DNA from: an uncultured Gammaproteobacteria bacterium
Lineage (GTDB): Bacteria > Pseudomonadota > Gammaproteobacteria > GCA-002705445 > GCA-002716945
Direction: 5' to 3'
Assembly (NCBI GenBank): GCA_902628335.1
Contig: CACOMO010000002.1
Coordinates: 143,684-207,683, forward strand
DNA: 64,000 bases
Shown one piece after another: positions 20,756-30,886 of the stretch (positions are counted from its first letter, which is position 1; each line of letters begins with the position of its first letter). The position numbers and the translations under genes were made by a program. The notes below the pieces were generated by a model. It did not search any database. It saw only the letters and a list, made by a program, of their open reading frames with translations, and had not been told where the DNA came from.

Positions 20756-21397
20756 ATGAACATACTTTTTTTAGGTGCACCAGGCTGTGGTAAAGGTACT
20801 CAGTCAAAAATTTTGATTGAGAAATATGGTATAGCGCAAATATCGACAGGTGATTTACTCAGAGAAGAAATGAGTTCCCAGAGCGATCTTGGGGAAAAAA
20901 TAAGGAGCATAATGGCGAAAGGTGATTTTGTAGACGATAAACTTGTCTTGTCGCTAGTATCAAAAAAAATAGAAAGTAACGAATGTAAAAAAGGATTCAT
21001 CCTTGATGGATTCCCAAGAAATTTATCACAAGCAAAAAGCTTAGATACGTTATTAGAAAACATGTCTAAAAGTATTGATCATGTTCTTTTTATCGATGTT
21101 CCAGATGAAGTTCTGATTCAAAGATGCACCGGAAGATTGCTCTGTGATACTTGTGACTATATCGGAAATAAAGATAGAGGAGAGAATATTGGTGACCCGT
21201 GCCCTGTTGCCGAAGGAACATTATATCAAAGAGAAGATGATAAAGAAGAAACAGTGAGAAATAGATTAGAAGTCTTTAAGGATCAAACCCAACCAATAAT
21301 AGAGTTTTACGAAGAAAAGGGTAAGCTAAATAAACTTATTGGTGGTAATGACCCAAAATTACTCGCAAGCAAAATCAATAAAATAATCAACATATAA
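20756..21397 (+). CDS. adk: adenylate kinase
   Basis: P-loop [10 protein letters not shown]. Long-type lid containing Cys residues ([10 protein letters not shown]...DPC). Confidence 0.95.
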   Translation: MNILFLGAPGCGKGTQSKILIEKYGIAQISTGDLLREEMSSQSDLGEKIRSIMAKGDFVDDKLVLSLVSKKIESNECKKGFILDGFPRNLSQAKSLDTLLENMSKSIDHVLFIDVPDEVLIQRCTGRLLCDTCDYIGNKDRGENIGDPCPVAEGTLYQREDDKEETVRNRLEVFKDQTQPIIEFYEEKGKLNKLIGGNDPKLLASKINKIINI

Positions 21398-21459
21398 TCA
21401 AAGAAGTTTTGAAAAATAGTCAATTCTGATAAAATCTTAGTGATTAACAATTAATACAG

Positions 21460-24171
21460 ATGTTTTTACTAAGAAATTTTATATTTATAGCAGTATTCAC
21501 TACATCTAGTAGTGCTTCTGCTAATTGGTTCTCAGCTATAGCTGAGATAGACTTGTTTGAAAAAATAAAAGATACTACGGACATTATTCCAAAACCTTAC
21601 AAGATTCCTGTTACACAAGGGAACTTAATACCTGAGGAAAACATCAGGAGATTACAATCTGGTCTGAGCAAAGAGCAAGTAAGATTTTTATTAGGTACCC
21701 CGTCATTTATTGATGCTTTCCATGAAAATAGATGGGATTATGTTTATTTCTCACGTAACTCGGAAGAAGTTAAAAATATTGCAATTATTTTCACTAACGA
21801 AAAAGTTAGAGAAATTATTGTCGATGATGAAAGCATACCTGATATTGATAATCTCAATTCTGAGAGAATATCAAAAAGCATCCCCATTCTAGAGGAACAA
21901 GATACCACTGAGAGACCATCTCAGGAAATCGTTGTAGCAAAAAGAGAGGATTTTCTAACTTTAAGAAAGACTAACAAATTACCAGTTTGTATTGATGATG
22001 AATTTGAAAGTTATCAGTCACAACGCACCCTCGTTCAAGCAGATGAGGATGCTTTAGAAGTAAGGTCCGACGAGCAAAATCAAGATGAAAATGGAATATT
22101 CTATGCAACAGGTAATGTAGAAATAGAACGAAGAGATGATTTGGTTAAATCTGATAAAGCTCAGTATGATGGTGATACAGGAGTCCTATTTGCTGAGGGA
22201 AATGTTAGATACCTTACAGAAGATCTAACATTATACGCTGATAAAGGAGGTTATAACAGTCAAAATGATACAGTAAATTTTTCATCAACTAGTTTTTATT
22301 TTGCTAATCAAAAAAGCTCAGGAAAAGGTAGAGCTGATGAAATTCTAATTGATGACGATGGTATTGTATATATGACGCCAAGTAGTTATACAACCTGTTC
22401 TATAAATAATCCTGACTGGGAATTTTCATCATCTGAAACAATTCTTTATCGTGATTCTGATCGCGGTCATGCTTATAACATTTTTTTGAAATATAAAGGT
22501 GTCCCAGTATTATACTCTCCTTTTGTCAGCTTTCCATTGAGTCGAGAAAGACACAGTGGATTTTTACTACCATCAGTTGGAAGCTCTGGTGAGAGTGGTA
22601 CCGTGATTTCAACGCCATACTATTTTAATCTCTCAGAAAATTTCGATCTTACATTAACACCAACTAATTATTCTGGGAGAGGTCAAATGCTTGAAGCTGA
22701 GTTTAGGCACAAATCTGAAAACAGTAATACAGTAATTGAACTTGCTAATCTCAATGACGATGATATTTTTGGTAAGAATAGACACGCCTACTTTATAAGA
22801 GATACTAGAACATATAAAAATACGCTTGTTCAACAAAATAATAGTTGGAGAGGAACGCTTATTTCATCAAATATAAATATAGGGGGTATATCTGATATTA
22901 GATATTTTGATGACTTTAGTAATACTGTATCCAGAGTTGGTAGAACTCATATCACGCGTGACTTTATTCTTGAGAGAGAGGAGTATAATAACTTTGGATA
23001 TTTTAAAGCGACTATTGCTGCAACAGACTATCAATTGGCTAAACAAGATTTAGTAGAGCAATATAGTGTTTTACCAAGAGTAAATTTTGAATATCAGAGT
23101 GAGAGATCCGATAGAAATTTTAATTATAACTTTACTGGAGAAATAGCAGACTTCGATCATACTCTGCCACATAAAGCTACGGGGTTGAGGGTGGTATTGT
23201 ATCCTTCGGTTGAATATCCAATTTCTAATCCAGGTTGGGAGGTTAGTACGAAATTTGGTGTTAGGCATAGTAGCTATGATCTATCAGCAAACGGTTCTGG
23301 AATCACAAGAACTAGCATATCAAAAACTTTCCCTATATTTAGTGTTAGAGGGAAAATGATATATGAAAAATTATCAACGAGTAATATTCTCCAAACACTT
23401 GAACCGGAGATGTACTTTCTTTACGTACCTTCGAGTAATCAAGATGATATCCCAATTTTTGATTCGGGTAACATAGACTTTAAATATAACTTATTTTCTG
23501 AAAACAAATTTTATGGTCAAGATAGAATCAACGATGCCAAACAAGTTACTCTTGCATTGTCATCAAGCATGATCAATACGAATAGTGGTAATGAATTACT
23601 TCGAGCAACAATAGGTCAAATTTTTTATTTGGATGACAGATCGGTAAATATTGAAAATAGCGAGACCGATTCAACTAATACCTCAAATATACTTGGATTG
23701 GTAAATGCGAGATTAGATGATTATTGGAGGTTAACCGGCTATTCCGAGTTTAATCCACGTGGAAATTATGCTGAAAAAAATCAAATCCGATTATCCTATA
23801 AACGACCTTATGGCAAACAAAATCAAATTTTTAATACAAGTTATAGATTTAGTAGAGGTGAGCAAGAAGAAGTAGATTTCTCTGCAGTGCTTCCATTCAA
23901 CAGCAGGACCTCTATTATTGGTAAAGTCAATTATTCATTCAATAATAGAAGAAGTAATACTGAAGATGTCTTGGAGAAGATGATAGGCGTAGAGTATGAA
24001 AGTTGTTGCTATGGAATAAAGCTTGTTGCGAGAGAGTTTTGGAATGGAACAAAAATAGATGATATCCTTTATTTTGAATTTCTTCCAAAGGGGATTGCCA
24101 CATCAGATAATAGAACTGCTGAACTATTGAGAGATGGTATACTAGGCTATCAAGATAAATTTGATTACTAA
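21460..24171 (+). CDS. lptD: LPS-assembly protein LptD with an N-terminal BamE(SmpA/OmlA)-like domain
   Basis: Residues from about 195 to the end are collinear with E. coli LptD, from the OstA-N jellyroll through the barrel, including SCCYGIKLV matching SCCYAIRVG. Residues about 45-125 match BamE: KIPVTQGNLIPEENIRRLQSGLSKEQVRFLLGTPSFIDAF...RWDYVYF. One continuous frame with an SPase I-type signal peptide. Confidence 0.85.
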   Translation: MFLLRNFIFIAVFTTSSSASANWFSAIAEIDLFEKIKDTTDIIPKPYKIPVTQGNLIPEENIRRLQSGLSKEQVRFLLGTPSFIDAFHENRWDYVYFSRNSEEVKNIAIIFTNEKVREIIVDDESIPDIDNLNSERISKSIPILEEQDTTERPSQEIVVAKREDFLTLRKTNKLPVCIDDEFESYQSQRTLVQADEDALEVRSDEQNQDENGIFYATGNVEIERRDDLVKSDKAQYDGDTGVLFAEGNVRYLTEDLTLYADKGGYNSQNDTVNFSSTSFYFANQKSSGKGRADEILIDDDGIVYMTPSSYTTCSINNPDWEFSSSETILYRDSDRGHAYNIFLKYKGVPVLYSPFVSFPLSRERHSGFLLPSVGSSGESGTVISTPYYFNLSENFDLTLTPTNYSGRGQMLEAEFRHKSENSNTVIELANLNDDDIFGKNRHAYFIRDTRTYKNTLVQQNNSWRGTLISSNINIGGISDIRYFDDFSNTVSRVGRTHITRDFILEREEYNNFGYFKATIAATDYQLAKQDLVEQYSVLPRVNFEYQSERSDRNFNYNFTGEIADFDHTLPHKATGLRVVLYPSVEYPISNPGWEVSTKFGVRHSSYDLSANGSGITRTSISKTFPIFSVRGKMIYEKLSTSNILQTLEPEMYFLYVPSSNQDDIPIFDSGNIDFKYNLFSENKFYGQDRINDAKQVTLALSSSMINTNSGNELLRATIGQIFYLDDRSVNIENSETDSTNTSNILGLVNARLDDYWRLTGYSEFNPRGNYAEKNQIRLSYKRPYGKQNQIFNTSYRFSRGEQEEVDFSAVLPFNSRTSIIGKVNYSFNNRRSNTEDVLEKMIGVEYESCCYGIKLVAREFWNGTKIDDILYFEFLPKGIATSDNRTAELLRDGILGYQDKFDY

Positions 24172-24172
24172 A

Positions 24173-25423
24173 ATGCTGAAAAAAATCAAAATATTTATTT
24201 TCCTGTTTGCGATTTCTTTCTCCTATTTGCTACATGGCTTCGATGATCGCATCATTGTAGTGGTTAACGATAAGGTTATTCTAAAATCTGAAATCCAGGA
24301 TTCCATTAATAACTTATCTCGGGAAGAGGTTACAAAAGAGTATAGCACGTTAAGCGAAAGAGAGATTATAGATAAAGTTATCGAAAAAATGATCGATAAA
24401 ACTCTTATACTTCAAGCAGCCGAAAGATATGATATTAAAATTTCAGATATTGCATTAGAGAACAAACTTCGAGAAATAGCTAGCGAGCAAAAATTGACTA
24501 TTAACGAATTGAGAAATCTTGTAATCAATAGTGGGTTAGATTACCAGAGGTACATTAGGGAATTGAGAGATGAAATGACAATGAATGCACTGTTCGTTTC
24601 TCAATTTTACTCTCGAGCTAACGTAACAGAAGAAGAAGTCGATAATTTCATAAGAAGAGAGAAAATTAACGAACAAGGAAATATAATATATGAGATTATA
24701 GAGTTTGTGATCATAGATGAAAATAAAACCATTGATAGGGACTCTATAGATAACATCTATTCATACACAATCAAAACGAACTTCACAGAGGCAAAAGAAA
24801 AGTTTACTGAACATGATATAAAGATCACGAACCTAGGGACTGTCGATATTGAAAGTCTTCCACTTCTTTATGTCAATGCACTTAAGAATGTTAATTCAAA
24901 TGAATACACGGATATTATAAAGAGTTCGAAAGGATATCATATTTTAAAGGTGCTATCTGCAAAAAATCAGGCTATAGCTTATATAGATGAATACAAAGTA
25001 AGACATATACTAATTAAGCCAGATCCTATGACATCTGATAAAGAAGTAAAGCAAAAATTATTTAAACTTAGAGATGAAATATCAAACATCGATGAATTTG
25101 CTGAAAGCGCAAAAAAATATTCAGTAGATCATGTTTCAGCCTATAACGGTGGAGACTTAAATTGGCAGCGTTCAGAAAATTTAGTTCCGGAGTTCGCCTC
25201 TATAATGGAGAAAACGCCATTGAATACAATCAGTGATCCTTTCTCGACACAATTCGGATGGCATATACTCTTCGTAGAGAATAAGAGAACGGTAGATGAT
25301 GCGCAATCCATTATACGAGCTAATATAGCTAAAACAATTAGAGCGAATAAGGCTAAACGAGAAAATGATAATTGGAAAGCAAAACTAAAGGATCAAGCAT
25401 ACATAGAAATTAAGGAATTTTAA
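24173..25423 (+). CDS. surA: periplasmic chaperone / PPIase SurA
   Basis: Signal peptide, an N-terminal chaperone domain and two parvulin-like domains. Conserved lptD-surA-pdxA-rsmA synteny. Confidence 0.85.
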   Translation: MLKKIKIFIFLFAISFSYLLHGFDDRIIVVVNDKVILKSEIQDSINNLSREEVTKEYSTLSEREIIDKVIEKMIDKTLILQAAERYDIKISDIALENKLREIASEQKLTINELRNLVINSGLDYQRYIRELRDEMTMNALFVSQFYSRANVTEEEVDNFIRREKINEQGNIIYEIIEFVIIDENKTIDRDSIDNIYSYTIKTNFTEAKEKFTEHDIKITNLGTVDIESLPLLYVNALKNVNSNEYTDIIKSSKGYHILKVLSAKNQAIAYIDEYKVRHILIKPDPMTSDKEVKQKLFKLRDEISNIDEFAESAKKYSVDHVSAYNGGDLNWQRSENLVPEFASIMEKTPLNTISDPFSTQFGWHILFVENKRTVDDAQSIIRANIAKTIRANKAKRENDNWKAKLKDQAYIEIKEF

Positions 25424-25424
25424 G

Positions 25425-26396
25425 TTGAAAAAAATATTAATCACGCTTGGCGAGCCAGCAGGTATAGGTCCAGACTTAGGCGTTCTTCTCTCTGAAAAAT
25501 ATTTAGATAAATCAACGATAGTTATTGCCGATCCTAAACTACTCGAGCAAAGTGCAAAGAAAATAAAGAAAAAAATACATCTTAATATACTAGATAATAT
25601 AAACTCTGATCTAGTCAGTGGCAAAGGGTGCATTAATATTTTACCTGTTGATTTAAACACAAGAAACACTCCAGGCAAGCTGAATCCTAAAAATGCAAGT
25701 TATGTAATTAAAACAATTCAACTTGCAGCTGAATTATGTAAACAAGGATATGCGGGTGGAATGGTAACAGGTCCTATCAGTAAATCAGTGTTAAATAAGG
25801 GTGGGTTTAAAATATCTGGACATACAGAGTTTTTAGCAGAGATATGCAATTGTAAATCAGTAATGATGTTAATGAACAAAAAAATGAAAGTTGCTCTTCA
25901 TACAACGCACGTACCTCTGAATGAAATATCTAAATATATTACTAAGAAGCTAATTCGTGAGACAGTACTAATAGTTGATCACGATATGAAAGTCAAATTT
26001 AAAATAAAGAAACCTAAAATATTGATTACAGGCCTCAACCCTCACGCAGGTGAAGATGGGATGTTGGGGAAACATGAGTCTACAATTATTAAACCAACAG
26101 TGCATAAACTTAATACTGAGGGTATCCTTATTGATGGACCTGTCCCAGCCGATACAGCATTTCTGCAAAAAAATATTACAAAATATGATGTTATTTTGAC
26201 TATGTTTCATGATCAAGGATTGCCAGTGATCAAATTTGATAATTTTAAAACAACAGTTAATATTACACTTGGTTTACCCATAGTAAGAGTGTCTGTAGAT
26301 CATGGGACAGCTCTTGATCTTGCTGGTACAGGAAAAGTAGATATATCCAGTTTTGTAGAGTCGATAAAAATAGCAAAAAAAATAAGTAATGCATAA
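25425..26396 (+). CDS. pdxA: 4-hydroxythreonine-4-phosphate dehydrogenase
   Basis: PdxA family motifs GEPAGIGPD and HGTA.D.AG. Confidence 0.9.
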   Translation: MKKILITLGEPAGIGPDLGVLLSEKYLDKSTIVIADPKLLEQSAKKIKKKIHLNILDNINSDLVSGKGCINILPVDLNTRNTPGKLNPKNASYVIKTIQLAAELCKQGYAGGMVTGPISKSVLNKGGFKISGHTEFLAEICNCKSVMMLMNKKMKVALHTTHVPLNEISKYITKKLIRETVLIVDHDMKVKFKIKKPKILITGLNPHAGEDGMLGKHESTIIKPTVHKLNTEGILIDGPVPADTAFLQKNITKYDVILTMFHDQGLPVIKFDNFKTTVNITLGLPIVRVSVDHGTALDLAGTGKVDISSFVESIKIAKKISNA

Positions 26397-27153
26397 ACAT
26401 AAAAAATCTCTTAGCCAAAACTTTCTTATTGATAAAAATGTAATAATTAAAATTCTTGATCGAGTGTCTCCATCGAATTCAGACTTTTTTCTTGAGATTG
26501 GACCGGGGGATGGTGCTCTAACTTATCCTTTGATTGATAAAATCTCTAAACTTATCGTTATTGAGAAAGATCAAGCACTCTCGGTAAAACTAAGTGATAT
26601 GTTTAGTAAAAATAATAATATTACTGTAATCAACCATGATGTTCTTAAAATAGATTTAAATAAGTATATAAAAGATCGAGTAAGAGTTATTGGTAACTTG
26701 CCGTACAATGTTGCAACTGAGATAATTTTCTTATTACTTGATTCTAAGATCATAATTCAAGATATACATATCATGCTACAAAAAGAGATGGTAGATAGAA
26801 TATCTGCTCCTCCAGGGAATAAACAGTATGGAAGAATTAGTGTTATGGTACAAGCTAATTACGAAGTTAAAAAATTGTTTGACATTTCACCAAATGTGTT
26901 TGAGCCCAAGCCAAAGGTATGGTCTTCATATATGAGATTAATCCCGAAAAAAAAAGTTTTTATTGACGAAACTCATAAAGAAAATTTTAGGAAACTTGTT
27001 ACTTTGGCATTCCTATCAAGAAGGAAAATGATTAAGACATCACTAAAAGATAGCATCTCATTAAATGAAATACATCATATTATTGGTGATGAAAAGATTA
27101 GGCCGGAACAGTTAAGTTATAATCAATTTATTGAGATGGCGAAATATGTTTAA
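26389..27153 (+). CDS. rsmA: 16S rRNA (adenine1518/1519-N6)-dimethyltransferase
   Basis: KsgA family: SQNFLID, EIGPGDGALT and NLPYNV motifs. Confidence 0.9.
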   Translation: MHKHKKSLSQNFLIDKNVIIKILDRVSPSNSDFFLEIGPGDGALTYPLIDKISKLIVIEKDQALSVKLSDMFSKNNNITVINHDVLKIDLNKYIKDRVRVIGNLPYNVATEIIFLLLDSKIIIQDIHIMLQKEMVDRISAPPGNKQYGRISVMVQANYEVKKLFDISPNVFEPKPKVWSSYMRLIPKKKVFIDETHKENFRKLVTLAFLSRRKMIKTSLKDSISLNEIHHIIGDEKIRPEQLSYNQFIEMAKYV

Positions 27154-27811
27154 AAAAAATCTACTTTACATATTGTTTCTTTATTCCATATATAATTTTT
27201 TCGTCTTTTTTACATGGTATCTTGGTGATACACAAATGATTATAGAGAGTGCGTACTACTTGTCACTTAAAGCTTCAGTCCCACTATTTTTATTTATCTT
27301 TTTTATACACATCTTTTATCATAAAAATGAGGTTGATGCAGCTCAAGTCATTTCATTTCCGCCGATAATCTTCCTCTTTTCATCAAATTGTGGTTTCTTA
27401 CTAGCAACAACGAACATGTACTTCCTTCAAATGTATAAGGTACCAGAGTTTTTTGATGTATTGAGAAATAATATCTTTGGATTAATATTTATCTTTGTAG
27501 CAATAGGTATAATATCCAGTGCTTTGAGGATATTTAAATCGCACTCAGAGGACCCAAATCCAACTTCAATTTCCACACAGATTTTTTGTGATGGGATCTA
27601 CAAACACACTCGCAATCCAATGTATATGGGTCTAATTTTATTTCAAATTGGCTTGGGGATGGTTCTTAGCATGACACATATAATCTTCTTTACTTTTTTG
27701 ACATACATAGTTTTCCGTTACGGTGTGATAGAAAAAGAAGAAGTATATCTGCGTAACAAATTTGGTGATTCCTATATAAAATATATGCAAAAAACAAGAA
27801 GATGGTTCTAA
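27146..27811 (+). CDS. isoprenylcysteine carboxyl methyltransferase (ICMT/PEMT)-family membrane methyltransferase
   Basis: C-terminal signature GIYKHTRNPMYMG...EKEEVYLRNKFGDSY..Y. Occupies the position that apaG/apaH take downstream of ksgA in enterics. Confidence 0.6.
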   Translation: MFKKNLLYILFLYSIYNFFVFFTWYLGDTQMIIESAYYLSLKASVPLFLFIFFIHIFYHKNEVDAAQVISFPPIIFLFSSNCGFLLATTNMYFLQMYKVPEFFDVLRNNIFGLIFIFVAIGIISSALRIFKSHSEDPNPTSISTQIFCDGIYKHTRNPMYMGLILFQIGLGMVLSMTHIIFFTFLTYIVFRYGVIEKEEVYLRNKFGDSYIKYMQKTRRWF

Positions 27812-27854
27812 ATATGATTGATTTATAACATCGATAATACATAATATCTATGAT

Positions 27855-28037
27855 ATGGATGATTACCTACTAGAAATATTAAGATGCCCCAAGTCAGGTG
27901 GTAAATTAGAGCTCGATAAAGAAAAAATGGAGCTTGTTTGCAAAGAATCTAAACTAGCGTACCCAATAATTGATGGTATTCCAATTATGCTTTTAGACGA
28001 AGCAAGAGAGTTAAAGGAGGATATGGATGAAAATTAA
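27855..28037 (+). CDS. Trm112/YcaR-family small protein (UPF0434)
   Basis: 60 aa with the characteristic [14 protein letters not shown]...DGIPIML. Confidence 0.7.
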   Translation: MDDYLLEILRCPKSGGKLELDKEKMELVCKESKLAYPIIDGIPIMLLDEARELKEDMDEN

Positions 28038-28494
28038 AATTGGATCAAAAATAAAAAACTTTGAAATTGAATCGACAATGTCTAGTAAAAAGAAATTATC
28101 AGATTTGCTCGACAGAAACCTAGTTCTCTACTTTTACCCAAAAGATATGACACCTGGATGTACCACAGAGAGTATTGAATTTAATGAAAATATCACAAAG
28201 TTTAGAAGGGCTGGGTGGGATGTTGTCGGCATTTCAAGAGATTCTATCAAATCACATGAAAAGTTTATCGATAAATATAACTTTAAATTTCCTTTGATAT
28301 CCGATCCAGATGAAAAAATATGTAAATTATTTGATGTTATAAAGGAGAAAAGTTTATATGGTAGAAAATATATGGGGGTTGATAGAAGTACGTTTCTTAT
28401 AGACAAGAAATCAAAAGTTGTCGCTATTTGGAATAATGTTAAGGTAAAAGGACATGTAGAGGAAGTACTCTCAAAGATTAAGGAGATAAAGTGA
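28027..28494 (+). CDS. bcp: peroxiredoxin Bcp (thiol peroxidase)
   Basis: Active-site [11 protein letters not shown]. Confidence 0.85.
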   Translation: MKIKIGSKIKNFEIESTMSSKKKLSDLLDRNLVLYFYPKDMTPGCTTESIEFNENITKFRRAGWDVVGISRDSIKSHEKFIDKYNFKFPLISDPDEKICKLFDVIKEKSLYGRKYMGVDRSTFLIDKKSKVVAIWNNVKVKGHVEEVLSKIKEIK

Positions 28495-28709
28495 TGGAAT
28501 TAGTTGCCGGTCTTTTATTAATAATGGTTATCTTGACTTTGATAAATGGTATTGTATTTTTTAAAACATTAATAAAACTCCAAAAAGAAAATAATGATCT
28601 TATCAAAAAACTTTTGAGTAATAAAAAGTTAGATGATAAACCTAAAGCAATGCCATCAGCAGATCTAGAAAAACTAAAATACGAGTATATGCATAAAAGG
28701 AAGCTATAA
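28494..28709 (+). CDS. small membrane-anchored coiled-coil protein, unknown function
   Basis: One N-terminal helix, then a charged region. Start (TGATG) and stop (TAATG) overlap bcp and the HIT gene, suggesting translational coupling. Confidence 0.4.
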   Translation: MELVAGLLLIMVILTLINGIVFFKTLIKLQKENNDLIKKLLSNKKLDDKPKAMPSADLEKLKYEYMHKRKL

Positions 28710-29047
28710 TGACAGATACAATATTTTCCAAAATAATCAAAAAAGAGATTCCAGCAGACTTAGTTCACGAAGATGAAAAATGTATCGCTTTCAATGATAT
28801 AAGTCCTCAAGCACCGACACACATCTTAGTGATACCTAGGAAAGAAATTGCAAAATTATCTGATTCACAAGAGCGTGATAAAGAACTGTTGGGTCACTTA
28901 ATGTTCTCTGCAACTCTGATAGCAAAAAAACTTAATTTAGATGATTATAGATTAGTTATTAATAATGGCGCCGATGCTGGTCAAACAGTATTTCACTTAC
29001 ACATACACATACTTGCTGGACGACCATTCGGTTGGCCACCAGGTTAA
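28709..29047 (+). CDS. HIT-family nucleotide hydrolase (HinT-like)
   Basis: Histidine triad HLHIHIL. Confidence 0.85.
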   Translation: MTDTIFSKIIKKEIPADLVHEDEKCIAFNDISPQAPTHILVIPRKEIAKLSDSQERDKELLGHLMFSATLIAKKLNLDDYRLVINNGADAGQTVFHLHIHILAGRPFGWPPG

Positions 29048-29814
29048 TTTTTTTTGAAAAAACCTAGAATTTTATCCATAAAATCTGAGAAAGGGTTTAC
29101 TCTAAGCTTTTCTGATTCGACGGAAATTTCATCTATGCATTTAACTGACCTTGCTGGGTAAGGTCCCTTAGCGGTCTCTTGATAGAGTGCCACATAATCA
29201 AAACCTTCCTCTAATGTATGACCGATCTCAAAGTTTTCATCTCTCGATTGCACTTGTCCTGTCATTAGAGTTGGCATGAGTGCAAGGTAGATTGGTATGC
29301 AGTCATTAGATTTTGAACGCTCTACCACTTTTTCATCTACAATCATTTTTGAATCCGTTTCAATCATTGCAAAATCACAAGCTTTAAAATAGTCATCAGC
29401 GTCATCGACAGAATCAGATTTTACAAACCTGACACATATCTTTATATTCTCATTAATTTTTGAGCGAAGAGATTTAAAAAAATCTAGGCCAAGTGACTTA
29501 GGGAAAGTTACGATTTCAGGGATAACCTCATTAGCAAAAGCAATATATCCATCAACATCAGAAGCTCCATCATCTGAGTCTAAATATATTCTTGTTGTTA
29601 AATTTCTTTTCTTTGATTGAGCTCTAAATATTTCTATTCTATCTTTGGCTATATCTTTGCCGTCGCTATACAGAACTCGAGCAATGTCAACACCTTCAAT
29701 CCACTGTCTAGCTATACCTGCCATCAACATTGTAATAAGTTCTTTCTCATTATCGGTTGATGGTCCTAGTGTAGCAATGATGTAGCTTAACCGATGTCTT
29801 CCTTCGTTTGACAT
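29044..29814 (-). CDS. pyruvate kinase-like TIM-barrel protein (A-domain only, catalytic motifs diverged)
   Basis: IIATLGPST aligns with IVCTIGPKT. ARVLYSDG sits where PK has RLNFSHG. AMIETDSKMI sits where PK has IMVARGDLGVEI. FDYVALYQETAKGPYPARSVK aligns with DAVMLSGESAKGKYPLEAV. Only 256 aa, with no B or C domain. Confidence 0.5.
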   Translation of the reverse strand: MSNEGRHRLSYIIATLGPSTDNEKELITMLMAGIARQWIEGVDIARVLYSDGKDIAKDRIEIFRAQSKKRNLTTRIYLDSDDGASDVDGYIAFANEVIPEIVTFPKSLGLDFFKSLRSKINENIKICVRFVKSDSVDDADDYFKACDFAMIETDSKMIVDEKVVERSKSNDCIPIYLALMPTLMTGQVQSRDENFEIGHTLEEGFDYVALYQETAKGPYPARSVKCIDEISVESEKLRVNPFSDFMDKILGFFKKN

Positions 29815-29913
29815 TATTTTCTCCTTAACTAGAGTGTATTTCCATAAAATCCATAATGAATTATATTGTATATTCTACATTCCGTCCAATAGTAGTACAA
29901 AAAAATTAAATAA

Positions 29914-30705
29914 TTGTATAATAATGAAATGATTGATGTGTTAATGAATATTAAATTTGCCTTTTTTATCGTATTTTTTTCTGTTTTTTTTGTACTGGAA
30001 TTTTTCTTTAGTCAAAGACAGACAAGTAAAAAATTGCTCAGATTATTTTTTCATGGTCTCTTTGCAATCTTCAATACTATTTTAATGAGAATTCCTGGTC
30101 TTTTTTTAGTACTACCTGTTTTATTGATATCAAATGAGGGTAACTTCGGGCTACTTAAGATGCTTGATGTGAATTTTATAATTCAAGGAATTATTGGGTT
30201 TTTGATTCTTGATCTGTCATTTTACTGGCTTCATAGGCTTAACCATACTAATGATTTTCTGTGGCGATTTCATAGGGTACACCATCTGGATACACAGATG
30301 GATGTAACAACATCCTTGAGATTTCATATTGTAGAGTTATTAATATCGTCTATTTTAAAAACTGTTTTAATACTCTCTCTTGGTTTACCAATTTCTGTCT
30401 TTATTTTCTATGAAATTATTCTATCTCTATCAGCTCAATTTCATCACGCAGATATTAGACTACCTGACAAGAGTGATAAAATTCTCAGTTATTTTATTGT
30501 GACACCAAAGTATCATACAAACCATCACACTGTATCGATGTATTCTAGAAATGCAAACTATGCATCCATATTTACTGTTTGGGATAAGATTTTCAAATCA
30601 AGGAAACAAGCTAATGAGATAGACAGAGATTATTTGGGTGTAAATGACCGTACAAAAGAATTTGGTTTTATAGTCAATCTAAAGGAGCCATTTGTGAATA
30701 AATAA
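29914..30705 (+). CDS. fatty acid hydroxylase / sterol desaturase-family membrane protein
   Basis: Histidine boxes HRLNH, HRVHH and HTNHH in a four-helix membrane protein. Confidence 0.7.
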   Translation: MYNNEMIDVLMNIKFAFFIVFFSVFFVLEFFFSQRQTSKKLLRLFFHGLFAIFNTILMRIPGLFLVLPVLLISNEGNFGLLKMLDVNFIIQGIIGFLILDLSFYWLHRLNHTNDFLWRFHRVHHLDTQMDVTTSLRFHIVELLISSILKTVLILSLGLPISVFIFYEIILSLSAQFHHADIRLPDKSDKILSYFIVTPKYHTNHHTVSMYSRNANYASIFTVWDKIFKSRKQANEIDRDYLGVNDRTKEFGFIVNLKEPFVNK

Positions 30706-30799
30706 TTGACAAAATGAGACCTTTTTGTTTAAATTATGTTACGCCGTTTTGAACATCAGCTTGCCGGCGTTAAAGAGCTAAAGCGATCGGTAACCACCA

Positions 30800-30836
30800 A
30801 TGCTTTAGTCATGGTGGTTTTTTTTTGGTAGTTGAT
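30800..30836 (+). terminator. Rho-independent terminator (AACCACC-loop-GGTGGTT followed by a T9 run)
   Basis: Read directly: ggtAACCACCaatgctttagtcatGGTGGTTttttttttgg. A second hairpin, ACGCCG-18nt-CGGCGT, lies upstream at about 30750-30780. Confidence 0.55.
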
Positions 30837-30886
30837 CTTCAGCTTGTGACCAAACCGATCAGGTAAACACTAAAGAGGAGAAAAAA

